DNA of 58,016 nucleotides, filler included, from Bipalium vagum (taxonomy: Eukaryota), in assembly GCA_037834085.1 (NCBI GenBank). It is 3 parts of 3 records of this genome, joined end to end, with 100 filler letters (N's around TTAATTAATTAA, not from the genome) between each part and the next. Parts side by side here need not be neighbours in the genome. Positions count along the whole stretch, not along the records: positions 20,276 to 39,106 come from JBBMKC010017766.1; positions 39,207 to 58,016 come from JBBMKC010018619.1; 1 more part is not named here. The stretch is one strand, 5' to 3'. This document shows, one piece after another, positions 35,481 to 47,048 of the stretch (position 1 is its first letter; each line of letters begins with the position of its first letter). The notes below the pieces were generated by a model that saw only the letters and a list, made by a program, of their open reading frames with translations, did no database searches and had not been told where the DNA came from. Made by a program: the position numbers and the translations under genes.

Positions 35481-36249
35481 CAATAATAAGTTTTTAAGAA
35501 CGCCAAAAGGGCCATTTTAGGGCGACAAACATTGATTATTAATTGATTCTGTTAAAATTGTAAATATGTATTGAAAATATGAATTTATAATGTCAAATTA
35601 TAGTGAGCTACTCTTTTATATTTTAATATATTTTACAAGATTATGATATCGCAACGACTGTGTAAACAATAATAATAAGACTTTTGGAGGAAAAACAAAT
35701 TTAAATGAGTGGAAAGATAAGGCATTGAGAAATGAAAATCGACAAATCGAAGTCAAAATAGTGATTACTGGATGTCGATGATGTGGATAATACGATAAGC
35801 AAAACGAATGCGTTGGTGGCACAATTTTGTGGAAAACTGAGAATGTGTAAAGTTTATTTGTTGGTGTTTTCCAAGAGTGTCTAGAACTGCATTCAAAGAA
35901 TTTGAGAAGTGAGGCGTGCATAACATTATTCCAATAGTATCTTGGGAATTAGCTTTGATAATTATGAAAGGGGTACTAAAGTCTTATCATGTCAAAAAAC
36001 GATGACAAAGAGAGCAACAGGTAATTTAGAATAGAAAATTTTGATGGTTTTCGTCCTAAGAACTACTTTTGGAGATACAATCGTCAGGGGCTTAGAAACA
36101 ATTTTTGGTTCCATCTTGTATTCGATTAGCGAACGGGGTCATATGAGAATGACTAGTTTTTGTGTAAAAAGGTTCATTCTCTATATTAGCTATGAAAATT
36201 AATTCCAATAGTTTTTTCATTAAAAAAATTCGTTTATTAAAAGTAACAA

Positions 36250-36520
36250 AATATTTGTTTCAGTCAAAATATTTTCTGTTGGAAATTCAACTTTTGATCA
36301 TCTTTCGTGCAAAGAATGGATTCCGCGGCAAAATAAATCTTGATCTTTTGAAGCAATCAATTGATTCATTTTTTTACATTTTTATAGGAATTGAAGGTCT
36401 GTCTAGCAAGAGAATGAGTATGAATCGAAAAAAAGTGGAAGTCAAATGGAGCTGTCTGGTGAGTACATCGGTTGAGGTAGATCCTGCCAACCAAATATTT
36501 TCAATGTTTCTTTAACTTGT
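36250..36520 (-). mobile_element. Mariner transposase C-terminal remnant
   Basis: Minus strand reads PQPMYSPD... and IASKDQDLFCRGIHSLHER*SKV. Confidence 0.6.
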
Positions 36521-37937
36521 TTGTCAAAATCATTTTACTAAATTTTCTTTTTTTGTTGGTGGTTATTATTTTTGGAATGTTTTGATTAAATTTGATTTTA
36601 ATGTGATTAAAAGTACCTAAATATGATTAAGCCGATTTATCTTCCTAATAAGGTAATTAGCGCAAATTTGACAGAAATTATTGGGTGTTTCAAAATTTAG
36701 TATCACTATTCATACAATCATGGAGCAGGTAAAACCAGAGATGATTCCCGTTAGAGTTTCTCTACACGAGTTTACTGTCTGAAAAGATGCGAATATGAAA
36801 GGATTAATAGAGAGAACCGATATGAGCACGACTATTACCTGAAAAGGGTTGTTTTTACTGGAAAATAATAAAGCTCTCGAGATACAAACAACTTTGTTTA
36901 AGCAAAATCTGGGAACTATGAAGTCATTCATGGAAATTAAATGCATCTTTATTAATTTAAAAGGGTTGAAGACGGAGGAAAGGCAAAAGGAAGAATACCC
37001 CAGTCCTGAAAATGGTATACCGTAGTCGTTTGGATAAGAAAATCGATTTTATTAGTGCCGCTAGGATGTTATTGATATGGAATCAATGAGAAGAGGTAAT
37101 GGCAGAAGAAATTAGTCCAATGTCAGCAGTTACATTAGAGATAAGGGTAGAAAAAATGGTTGAAATGTTACTTTATACATACGCGGTTCATAATTTTTCA
37201 TCATTATTGATTCAATATAAAGAATTCTGTAGTACCACCAACATTTAAATCTCTTAATGGAGATTATTACAGAAAAGGATTGGTTGATGAGAAAAGGTTA
37301 TGTTTCGACTGTTTCAGCGTCTGCAATAAAAAGGGAGAAAACTGAGTGATAATTTGGAACGATTTAGTGATGGAACAATATTTTTTACACAAATTTATTA
37401 TAATTATAAAAACCGAAAATAGAAACCGAAGTCGGATGATCACGACAATTTAGTCAGAAATATGATCCAAGATTTTCAAGTCTTAGGATATCGAATAAGT
37501 ATAAAAATGCATCAAACTATCAAAACTATCAACCCGCCACCTCCGTATTGTCGTTTTATCACCCGATTGAAATGTATTCTCTTTGGACTGTATGTAAACC
37601 TAATACATGGTACCATAATTGCTGATCGTATAACATTTTGTTCATGAGGCTAATATTTCTTTTTATTAATTAAATCGATTTTTATCCAACCAGATGCAGA
37701 AAATTGTTTAACTCTTATGAAATTTAGTACTTTCCTTCATTTCATTAACATATGAGGATTCCTTCAGTAACTCATTTAAATCTTAGTTTATTTCCTGAAC
37801 GATTTTTGTACAAAAAGATGGAGAATCTAAAAATATTTATTATTTATTACATTTGGTAATGAGAATATACAAAAATTATTACGTTCAACAAAATTAGGAA
37901 ATTCGATTTCAATTGATTATTTTTCACATTGGGTTGA

Positions 37938-38817
37938 TTAGTGAGGGTCATTGTCAGCATTGGACTTGCTCCAATTGCCAATATACCTGCTCAGTACGTC
38001 TGGAATTATGTTTCCCGTTGCGTGATCGATCACTTTCTTAGTGGGCACTTTTGATTGCTCAATTTTCAAAAACAACGCCTTGCTTAGCAGGCCAGAATTA
38101 ACTAGTCCTTGAAGATGAGCCTTTGACTTATGATGCTTATGGAGATGTCCGTTGACACGAAACCCAGTGTTGCATACTACACATCGAAAGTTTCTTGGTT
38201 TATTGAAAGTGGTTTTCGAACTGGTTGAAGACGTAGAATCTACAGAGGAATTAGAAGAACCTAATTTTGCATTGTTTCCATGTTGATTTGGTTCTTTACT
38301 ATCTGTGAATATATGTAGGTTTTTGTGCAAGCTAATCATACCACGATCAATCACTTGAGAACAGATTTCACAAGATATTTTATCATCAAACATCGGATAT
38401 TCATGATGATGTTCATTACTTGTACAGGAGGATTCAGAAGAAAGATTTGGAAATGATTGAGGATGCGCTGGATTATAATTTATCAACGTATTTTCATGTG
38501 CATCTATTTTACGAGTATAACCAACATTTGTAGACGATGGAATACTGATATCAGAAGGAGAAATAATTGGATATAACGTTTCAAGAACTGAAACAGAACT
38601 TTGAGAAACGAAAGGAATGGTGGGTTGTCGATTGGCAGAAAGATTAAGAGGACAATCCTAAAGAAAATGTGAGAGGGATATTATCTAATACTTACATTAC
38701 CTGCATGAGATCTTTTGCATTTATATTAGGTGCATGAAGAGGGACACATTTTTCCATTTCCTTTATGCGCTTTGGATCTTTCAATTCCTTATTATCTTCA
38801 TATAAAAATTTACTTCT
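37938..38817 (-). CDS. Schnurri/HIVEP-like C2H2 zinc-finger protein, 3' exons
   Basis: Exons 38817-38701 and 38657-37938, joined by a 43-bp GT-AG intron in phase 0. Contains PLNLS (CtBP-binding-like), finger CEICSQVIDRGMISLHKNLH, and finger PRNFRCVVCNTGFRVNGHLHKHHKSKAH followed by LQGL..IEQ..ID. This resembles my recollection of the Schnurri C-terminal finger (PRPFKC..C..AFRIHGHLAKHLRSK.H). The 5' end is undetermined and lies next to a gap. Confidence 0.72.
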
Positions 38818-39033
38818 CTAAAATATCATTAAATGAATACAAACTTTGATAAAGTTTTATGTATTTTATTGAGCTTAAATTAAAATTCGGCTTATTTTTT
38901 TAAAGTGATTATTAACAAAAAATATAACGTCTTTGTTTTATTTGTTAATCTATAAAAAATTGACATATAAATCGAATTTATTGATTAAGTACTCAGCCTT
39001 AAAAATAAATGATGTTATAGAGAACATTCGTCA

Positions 39034-39034
<1 letters not shown>

Positions 39035-39106
<72 letters not shown>

Positions 39107-39206
39107 NNNNNNNNNNNNNNNNNNNNNNNNNNNNNNNNNNNNNNNNNNNNTTAATTAATTAANNNNNNNNNNNNNNNNNNNNNNNNNNNNNNNNNNNNNN
39201 NNNNNN

Positions 39207-39276
<70 letters not shown>
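39035..39276. repeat. (ATT)n microsatellite on both sides of an assembly gap
   Basis: Perfect ATT runs abut the N block on each side. Confidence 0.95.
39107..39206. other. Assembly gap: N44-TTAATTAATTAA-N44
   Basis: Same artificial 100-bp placeholder. Confidence 0.97.
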
Positions 39277-40355
39277 TACTACTGATAATAACTAAAATAC
39301 ATAATAGAAAAGTAAAGTCATTTTTAAAGAAATGAAATACGCTTTATTTATAAAATATTTTGAGAAAATAAAATATGAGGAATGTACAAATTACAGAGGG
39401 TTATTATAATTTGTAAATAATCCAAATCCAAATTCAAATGAAGTAGCAAATGAAATAATAATAATAATGGAACTGACGAATCCAATTTTAGCTTTATCTA
39501 AAAAAAATAATAAATCAATTAAAATTAAAATTGTTAAATTGCTAATTTTATTATTGACACTTTTGAAAAATTTACTTATGTCCTGATATGAACATTCGTA
39601 TTTTTCAATGAAAGAATTTATTTTGTGTCAATGATAATTATTCTTACTTTGATCTTAACCCTATTTTTGAAACATTTCACCAAAAAGTTCTATTTACTCC
39701 TTGTGATGCTTTATGATTTTCATCAAGTTATAAACGTTTTTCGTTCACTTACGTAGAATGTTGTTTCTTTTGTCAAGGTCATTAGGATCTAGTCACACAA
39801 TTTTGTAATATATCCTTAACTTTGAAGATCATTCTCTCTCCAGACAGACCTTACTTATACATGACTGTAAAATTTATTCCTTTAAAAAGAAATGTCGTGA
39901 TTTTTTTCAGTCTTTGTACAAAAGGTTAAGGTTCATTAACCTAATTCTATGGAAAATATCAAAAATCTTTTCTGAAACTTCCAAAAATGATTAATCTTTA
40001 TCTTCTGAATATTGAATTAAAATTAATTGTAAAATCAATTTTTGATAAATTAATTAATAATTTTTTTTTCACTTTTTTAATAATGTAATTAAACAAATAG
40101 CAAAAAAATCTGATATTTTAAAATTAGAAAATAAAATTGATGGATGAGCATTTTTTTCATTGATATTTTGTTCATAAAATTTTCATGTTTAAGAATAATT
40201 CTAGTTAAAAATATAAATAATAAATTTATAAAAAATTTCTTTTTAATTCAATTACAAAGCTATTATAAATGATTTTAATAAGAACCCCTTTAAATTAAAT
40301 AATAATTAATAGTAAGCGGAAAAATATATGCAAATGCTATTAAAAGAGAACTCAA

Positions 40356-40382
40356 ATCATTGGTCGAATGATCAGCCAATGA
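40356..40382. promoter_or_regulatory. Inverted pair of CCAAT boxes (possible promoter)
   Basis: TCATTGG-TCGAATGATCAG-CCAATGA in otherwise very AT-rich DNA. Confidence 0.25.
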
Positions 40383-40749
40383 AAATCTTCATCAAACCTT
40401 ATTATCTTGAAAGGTTTTCTGACAAAAATTTTTATTATTTTAAAAATCCAATTGTAATATAAAACACCAAAGGACGATTTTTTATTTAATGTTTCCTAAG
40501 ATTCTCCGTAAATAAAATCATGAAAATCAGTGAATTAAATCTATGTAAAGGATTTTCGAATAGACCTAAGAATTTTAACATTTATTCATAATGAATAAAT
40601 TTCCAAAATTATAACAACAAAAATTTGTATAAAACTATTTCACCTAAATGCCTTAGGTTACTTTCAGAAACTTGGGAAGGAAGTTTAATAAATTCTTGTG
40701 TATATCAAAATTTTGATTGTATATTGGATATATAATTTCTTTTTTCTGG

Positions 40750-41760
40750 AATATTATGCACTCATTTCAAGATACTATTAAAATCTTACATAACATTGTT
40801 AATTGAAGTCAACCGTTACATTGAATTCTTTCAAGCATTTATCAGCAATTTTTGTTGAAGAGATCGAACAGTCTTCATCAATCCATTCTTTATTAACATT
40901 TTGCTGTTCGGCCAATATTTTTTTTGTCTTAAAGCGCCTCTTATTTTTTTCACAACTTGCTTTAGTATTTTATTTCATACAAGTATAGAATGTCAAAATA
41001 AGGTTTTACAAATTCAAAATAATTGCAACAACATACAAATCAGGAGTTCTGGAGTGGACGAAGAATTTGAAGCCTTGTTCAGCATCACATTGGTTTTTCA
41101 AGCTTTTCTGGAACATAAAGTTGGTGAGATGTTTTTGTACAAGGTTGGCCAGAAGGTTGAATAGGAATTTTTTTGTAACCGTGGTTATAATATTTTTGTT
41201 TCAATTTTGAGACATACGAGCAAGTGCTATCCTGTAGAATTATGTTCGCTTTCTGAAGATCAATGTTGATTACTTACACTGAAGTTTTTTTATTTCTTCG
41301 ATTTTCCAAACGTACTTCTGTGCTGTAATTGTCTTGCCAGATTTCAGTAAACTATAATATAAGACCAGTTTGTAAAACATAGACTGTAAGCATTATCTTT
41401 TTATGTAATTTCTGTTTTAAAAATGGTTTCGGTGCCTATTCTTGGTCCAACCACTGAGCTGATCGTCTCAGTTGTGGAAAAGAATCCATTTCTCATCACA
41501 CGCACAATGTAATTACGAATATAATTGTTTTTCTTTGCAACCATTTTTCCTATTTTGTTTTAGATGTCTCTCTTGATTTTATGCTTCGAATAATTTTTCA
41601 TTTTCAACGGTTGACGATCTTTTACTATGCACTTCATCTTCAAGATTTTGAAAAAAGTGAGCCAACGTTGACCATATACTTTCGTAAACGATATTTTGGT
41701 AAAATGTTTTTTCACATTGTAAACTGTGTCTGATGGCATAAAACTTCTTTTAAGTAAATC
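40750..41760 (-). mobile_element. Decayed Tc1/mariner-superfamily (possibly maT-like) transposase
   Basis: Raised-GC tract with only fragmentary EKNF..HN-like and SxPxL-like residues. Family assignment is weak. Confidence 0.3.
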
Positions 41761-42265
41761 TTCAGGATTTTGTTACTTTTGATTATTGATTAATTACTTT
41801 AAATTACATAAAAATTAAAAATATACTCAAAATTTTTTCTAATTAATTAATTATATTCGATGTTTAAATTGATGTATAACATGACATTAAATATTGAAGC
41901 ATTTCCGAAAATATTACACGTTAAAAGTCAACTATGCAGAAACAGCGATTTTTGATCAGCCTAATAAAATAAATAAATTTCACAAAATAAATAATTGGAT
42001 ATGATTTAATATTTTTATTAAAAATTTTCTAATAGTTTAAGTGAAATATTAATTTTTGGTAGTCTAATTTTGAATTTCTTATTTTACAAATTTTTCTGTT
42101 GCTCTTTTAACATTGACATTTAATCTAAAGATATCATTGAAGGGTATGTGGGTACTAATTGAGTAGTTAATCGGGTACTGAAAGTAGATTATATATTTTG
42201 CTAGCGAAATGCTTCTAATTAGTAACCCATGAACGCTAATATTTAAGTTACCTAAGGGTTCAAAT

Positions 42266-45200
42266 TCAGCTTGAAAACTTTTCACTCAAACGTATCAGAT
42301 TAATTGACTTAATAAAACTTAACATATAAGAATCATACTTAGTTGTTTCTTGAGCATTCATGAAGGAGACTCTTGTCCTAAGCCACTCTAAGTCCTGAAA
42401 TACCCACAACTCACCGTACGGCAAACAGAGCAGATGCTTCATATTCACAATTCGAATAGCTGAACTACGGTTTTGCGAGAGCATACTTTTCAACATATCC
42501 ATGCAACAAAAATGATTTCCTTTGAAAAAATCATAAAAGACTTCAACAAAAGGAATTTCCACTCCAGTTGCCGGATTCATGATCAACTTCATGGTTATCA
42601 TACAATTACTTTTCGTTTCTATTTTCTTGATTCTCCGATCTCCCTTTTTCCTGAAAAACGGCTCCTGACACATCTTCCTACCTTCAATGGACATTGACAC
42701 GTACAGTATTCTTAAACAGCGCTGTTGTCGCCATTTACAACAAGGAGTGCGGAAAATGAATTCGCTGAATCTCCTGATATCGTGAGAAAGCTTTAAAAGG
42801 GTTCCGATTTCTTCTTTACTTCGACTGTAGAGGCGCACATTGAATATAGATTTCGCATGATCAAGTCTCTCTTCAAATTCAAAAAGTTTAAACAAGTTCT
42901 TTATTTGATGATTAGAAGTCTTCATGATATCCATCAGCATCTTGAGATGATAATCGAAGAGCAATCCAACCGAACTGTTAAGACTGGCACAAATCAGATA
43001 AATGTCAAAGGCCAAAACACAAAGGCTGAAATTTAAGAACCTCCGATAGCTTGCATCCTTAGGGTCAACAAGGTCAAAGAATTTCGGTAAATTAACGCCG
43101 ATTTTATTAATAGCCGACAGAAATTTGACCTCAACCCCTTCTCCCTTAGTCAATTTGTTAAACTCCTGATCAACATCCGAATCGTTCCGGGACAGCAGTT
43201 TCATAATGACAAAAACGTTGGTTTTGACGCTGGTATTAATCAAATTTCTCTGTTCAGGGTTCAACTGTTGATTGAACGATTCAATGGCATTGCACTGTAT
43301 TGACTTGTGTTTCTGTGGGAAAAAATTTTGGAAATCTGCCTGATTATTCTTGATTTTTTCATTCCATATATCGCAAGACAGGATGTGTTTCTCATTGAAC
43401 AGTTGTAAAATATCGGGACTTAATTCGCCGAATAAACTAAAAAGAGTTTTTCGAAATTCCGGCGACATGAGCTCCTTCTTTTCCTTGAAATCGGCGAATA
43501 GCAAGTCCTCATCGAAAACGAATTCTTCGTACGTTTCTTCCACCAGTTCAGGAGTGGAGATCTCCGTTAAGAAAACGGACGTTGTGGATTCCGTTAGTTC
43601 GTACGAATCGATTTTATTCTCAATTTCTTCCGACACAATGCGACGACTCTCCAAGTACTGAAGACGGACTGTTTCTTCCTGTTGCTGTTTGAAGAGCGCC
43701 TGGCGGTTTATAAATGAAAGTCTTCTCTGTTCCTTAGTGATGAATACCTGATTTTTCAAATCGAAATTGTAGAATTTCTTTAGCAGATCATATATCGTAT
43801 AATAAGGCAGGTTTAATTTGGCAATTTCTCTATCTTCGGCGTCATAGTCCGTGTCGCAGCGTAAAATAACCCTTAACGTATGATTCAAGCATTCAAAGGG
43901 TGTAGAAGTGGATTTGGAAATCCGGTGATATAAAATATCAAAGAGATCATAGATGTCTGCTTGGACATTAGCACTGGTTTTCTTGGAATGCTTTCTAAGC
44001 TCCAGGAAGGTCAACTCTTTCATGTTTGGAACTGAAGAGGAGACATTGAAATTCAAAATGTTCTCAACATCAGAAATTTGTATTGTTTTATTTGTTTTAA
44101 CTTCTATTTCTTCATCCCGAGACTCTATTGTAAATTTTTCTTTCAATAGTTCCATTTCGTCGAATGAATACCTCGGCTTTGGAGGAATTGTCAAATTGGA
44201 CTTGTAGATCTTCCATTCTTTGCACTGATTAAACCAGCACTGGTGATCGGTAATGAACGAAAAGGTCATTTTTTTATATTCTTTCATGTCGGAATCTGAA
44301 AGAGAGTTCTTCCAAAAGTAAACGTCCTCGTTTTCATTGAAAAACTTCTCCAACTCTTCAATCAGAATGTTTTCCTGGCTGCTTAAAAGCTTGAAGATCT
44401 GTTTACTGATTGCGTCATGACTCAGAAACGGACTTATGAGGTCTCCAGTCCGACAGTTTATTTCCACTGCTCGCAGTTCTCTTAACGGTAAATCACTGAG
44501 AATGGAAAAATACATCGACTCGTCCCGTGTTATGGTCCGCAAAGACTTGAGAAAATACTTACTCGGATTGATTATCTTAACGATGTACCCAATACAGTCA
44601 AGGAACCCCAGAAAGTTCCCTTTATACCAATCAAAGAGCACCTCGAGCAAAATATAATCATTGCCAATTCGACAATCGCCGGCCGTAAAATCGAGCTGAA
44701 TTTTACAAAAGCATTCACATTCGATTTTTTCGAACAGTTTCTGATTCAAGTACATGAACGGTTCAGAATATCGTTTGATTTTGGGGATGAGAAAGGAATT
44801 ATAGACGACACACTTTTTGAAGGTTCTTCCGAAACTCTTCAGAAACGACAGAGAATTGCTCGACTTGATCCAGTATATCGTTCGGCTTGTTAGAAAATTG
44901 CAGATTCTTTCCAGAGCATCGATACAGAACTGTTTTTCAATCAGATCAGAGGCATTACGAAACTGATCGAAAATGTTGAACATCACATCCCAATACTTCG
45001 AAGACAGGAACCGGTTCTTGAAGCTGTGAAGTGTGATGAACTTTTCCACGAACTCCAAATGTCGAGTGATGCACTGGTTGACCAGTTTCGTTGAATTGAT
45101 ACTGGCGAACTCGAAATACTGGATCAGATAGTCTATTGCTATGAAGAATGTTGCGTTAAATTGTTGATTTTCTTCGATCTTCGTTGAAACAAAGTCCAAA

Positions 45201-45283
45201 GCTTCAACGTACATGTGATCCGAAAGAATCCCTCCATTAACGTACCACAATTCTTTTCTGAACTTGTTTGTGGATTTTTGCAT
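42266..45283 (-). CDS. Intronless 1005-aa hypothetical protein, family not recognised
   Basis: 3018-bp uninterrupted ATG-to-stop ORF, far beyond chance length in DNA this AT-rich. Visibly more GC-rich than its flanks. No transposase, RT, integrase or kinase motif recognised. Confidence 0.85.
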   Translation of the reverse strand: MQKSTNKFRKELWYVNGGILSDHMYVEALDFVSTKIEENQQFNATFFIAIDYLIQYFEFASINSTKLVNQCITRHLEFVEKFITLHSFKNRFLSSKYWDVMFNIFDQFRNASDLIEKQFCIDALERICNFLTSRTIYWIKSSNSLSFLKSFGRTFKKCVVYNSFLIPKIKRYSEPFMYLNQKLFEKIECECFCKIQLDFTAGDCRIGNDYILLEVLFDWYKGNFLGFLDCIGYIVKIINPSKYFLKSLRTITRDESMYFSILSDLPLRELRAVEINCRTGDLISPFLSHDAISKQIFKLLSSQENILIEELEKFFNENEDVYFWKNSLSDSDMKEYKKMTFSFITDHQCWFNQCKEWKIYKSNLTIPPKPRYSFDEMELLKEKFTIESRDEEIEVKTNKTIQISDVENILNFNVSSSVPNMKELTFLELRKHSKKTSANVQADIYDLFDILYHRISKSTSTPFECLNHTLRVILRCDTDYDAEDREIAKLNLPYYTIYDLLKKFYNFDLKNQVFITKEQRRLSFINRQALFKQQQEETVRLQYLESRRIVSEEIENKIDSYELTESTTSVFLTEISTPELVEETYEEFVFDEDLLFADFKEKKELMSPEFRKTLFSLFGELSPDILQLFNEKHILSCDIWNEKIKNNQADFQNFFPQKHKSIQCNAIESFNQQLNPEQRNLINTSVKTNVFVIMKLLSRNDSDVDQEFNKLTKGEGVEVKFLSAINKIGVNLPKFFDLVDPKDASYRRFLNFSLCVLAFDIYLICASLNSSVGLLFDYHLKMLMDIMKTSNHQIKNLFKLFEFEERLDHAKSIFNVRLYSRSKEEIGTLLKLSHDIRRFSEFIFRTPCCKWRQQRCLRILYVSMSIEGRKMCQEPFFRKKGDRRIKKIETKSNCMITMKLIMNPATGVEIPFVEVFYDFFKGNHFCCMDMLKSMLSQNRSSAIRIVNMKHLLCLPYGELWVFQDLEWLRTRVSFMNAQETTKYDSYMLSFIKSINLIRLSEKFSS

Positions 45284-47048
45284 TTCAAAGGAATTATTGA
45301 TTATTGGAAATTTTCTTCGACTGAATTTTGATTATTTATATTAATTATTATGAATTATCACGTGGTGGATATTTCTTTTAATAATTCTTTGATCTTTCAC
45401 AAGGTCAATGGTTTTCCCTGAGATGATAAACTCAATTTTTATTTCATTAATTATCGTGTTTAATTAGTAAATATTTTTTCCGTAAATTTTTACAAAATAT
45501 GAGAAATAGTAAATTAAATTTAGATAAATTATTCTTGAGTGGTTGAAGTTGATAAATTGTCAAATTAATAATATTAAAAATGATTTTCAGCTTAAAAGGC
45601 TTACCGCAAATTTTCAAAATTATTTTTTTATTATTTATGATATTATTTTAGAGTTGTGTAATGAATGTCAGATATAGTACCATTATATTTTTCGAGTTTT
45701 ATTATAAAACATGCTTAATTTTTATTGGTTAATCGTCTATTATGAATTGAGTTGCGCGGTACCAAGCAGCTCATATTATGCGAACTGAACTGTATAAATA
45801 TTCTTCTTTTCTTTTGTTTAGGAGGAATAACTACGTCACCTGATATTTTTGGGAATTAAATTTTTTCCTGCTTTTTCATATTTGACATTTAACATTTTAC
45901 TTATTTTTACTTAAAGAACTTATTATTTACTTAATTGTTACGTGTATTCAATGAAATTTTATTTTTATATATTTATTATTATTCATATTACTTTTACTAT
46001 TACTATTATTATTACTTTTATTTTAATTATTATTATTATTACTATTATATTTTTTTATTAATTATTATTATGTAAATTTTTTAAAATTTAATTTTACCAT
46101 ATTTTTTTATATGACCATAGGGTCACTAAAAATCTTCCCAAATGTTTCCTAACAAATATTATCGTGGGCCTAATATGGATCAAATTATGAAATTTTCCTT
46201 TGGTCTCATTACATATAGCCAGTCGTTTAAAATCAGATATTTCAATCTGCTTCTACTTAAACTAACAATTTCATTATGTGTTCCCTTATCCATTTAATTA
46301 TTATTTATTTATTAGATTTCCCTTAAGAATTTAACAGATTGAAGTCAATAATTGCAACTGTGAAAATTATTTTAATTACAAACATTAACCGAAATTTTAC
46401 ATTTATATAATTTACATAATATGTGTCCAATGTGAAACGACAATAAATAGTTAAAAATCAATATAATCGAAATATTAAAATAATAAAAAACAGAAGTCTG
46501 TTAAAAGTCAAAGTATATTTTATAAATGGGAAATATTTTTAAAAGGAATAAAATTAACAAAAATTGATATTTTATGTTTCAGAAATTAATAATTATTAAT
46601 AAATATTTTTTTGATTTATAATAAATTTGTGTCTTTTATATTAGGAAGAAAAAGTTTAAAATATACTTGCGTTTAATACATCTTTTGACAGATATTTGAA
46701 AAAATACATAGTTCAAATAAAATTAATTTTTTAAAATTAATTTTTTATATTTTATCTGTTAATATATTTTGGAAACGGATTATAATACTTAAAATGTATA
46801 TGATAGAAAGTAAAGAATATAAGAATAACAAATTAATATGTCCATTAATCCTACAGGGTGCGCAAGAAGTCCTTAGACTACTTTTTATTAAAAATTTTTT
46901 TTTGTTTCTTGATATTTTTGAATTATTGATTTCTTGTTTAGATAAGTTGAATTTTATACCCGTTATTTGGTCGGACATTATTACTATGTTTGCAGAAATC
47001 GAAGAGACATTGAATCGAGTAATGGACTTTTTGTACTGGCAATAATTA

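Noticed and set aside
37295-37330. Hammerhead-ribozyme-like motif on the minus strand (TTGCAGACGCTGAAACAGTCGAAAC)
   Set aside because: The CUGANGA core is not intact and stems I and III do not form. A Penelope context was not supported, and the nearby fragment is mariner.
45283-45345. Splicing of Tubby onto the 1005-aa ORF, or a viral TATA+CAGT promoter
   Set aside because: The nearby acceptor meets a stop in phase 1, and the TATA-to-CAGT spacing (about 17 bp) is too short.
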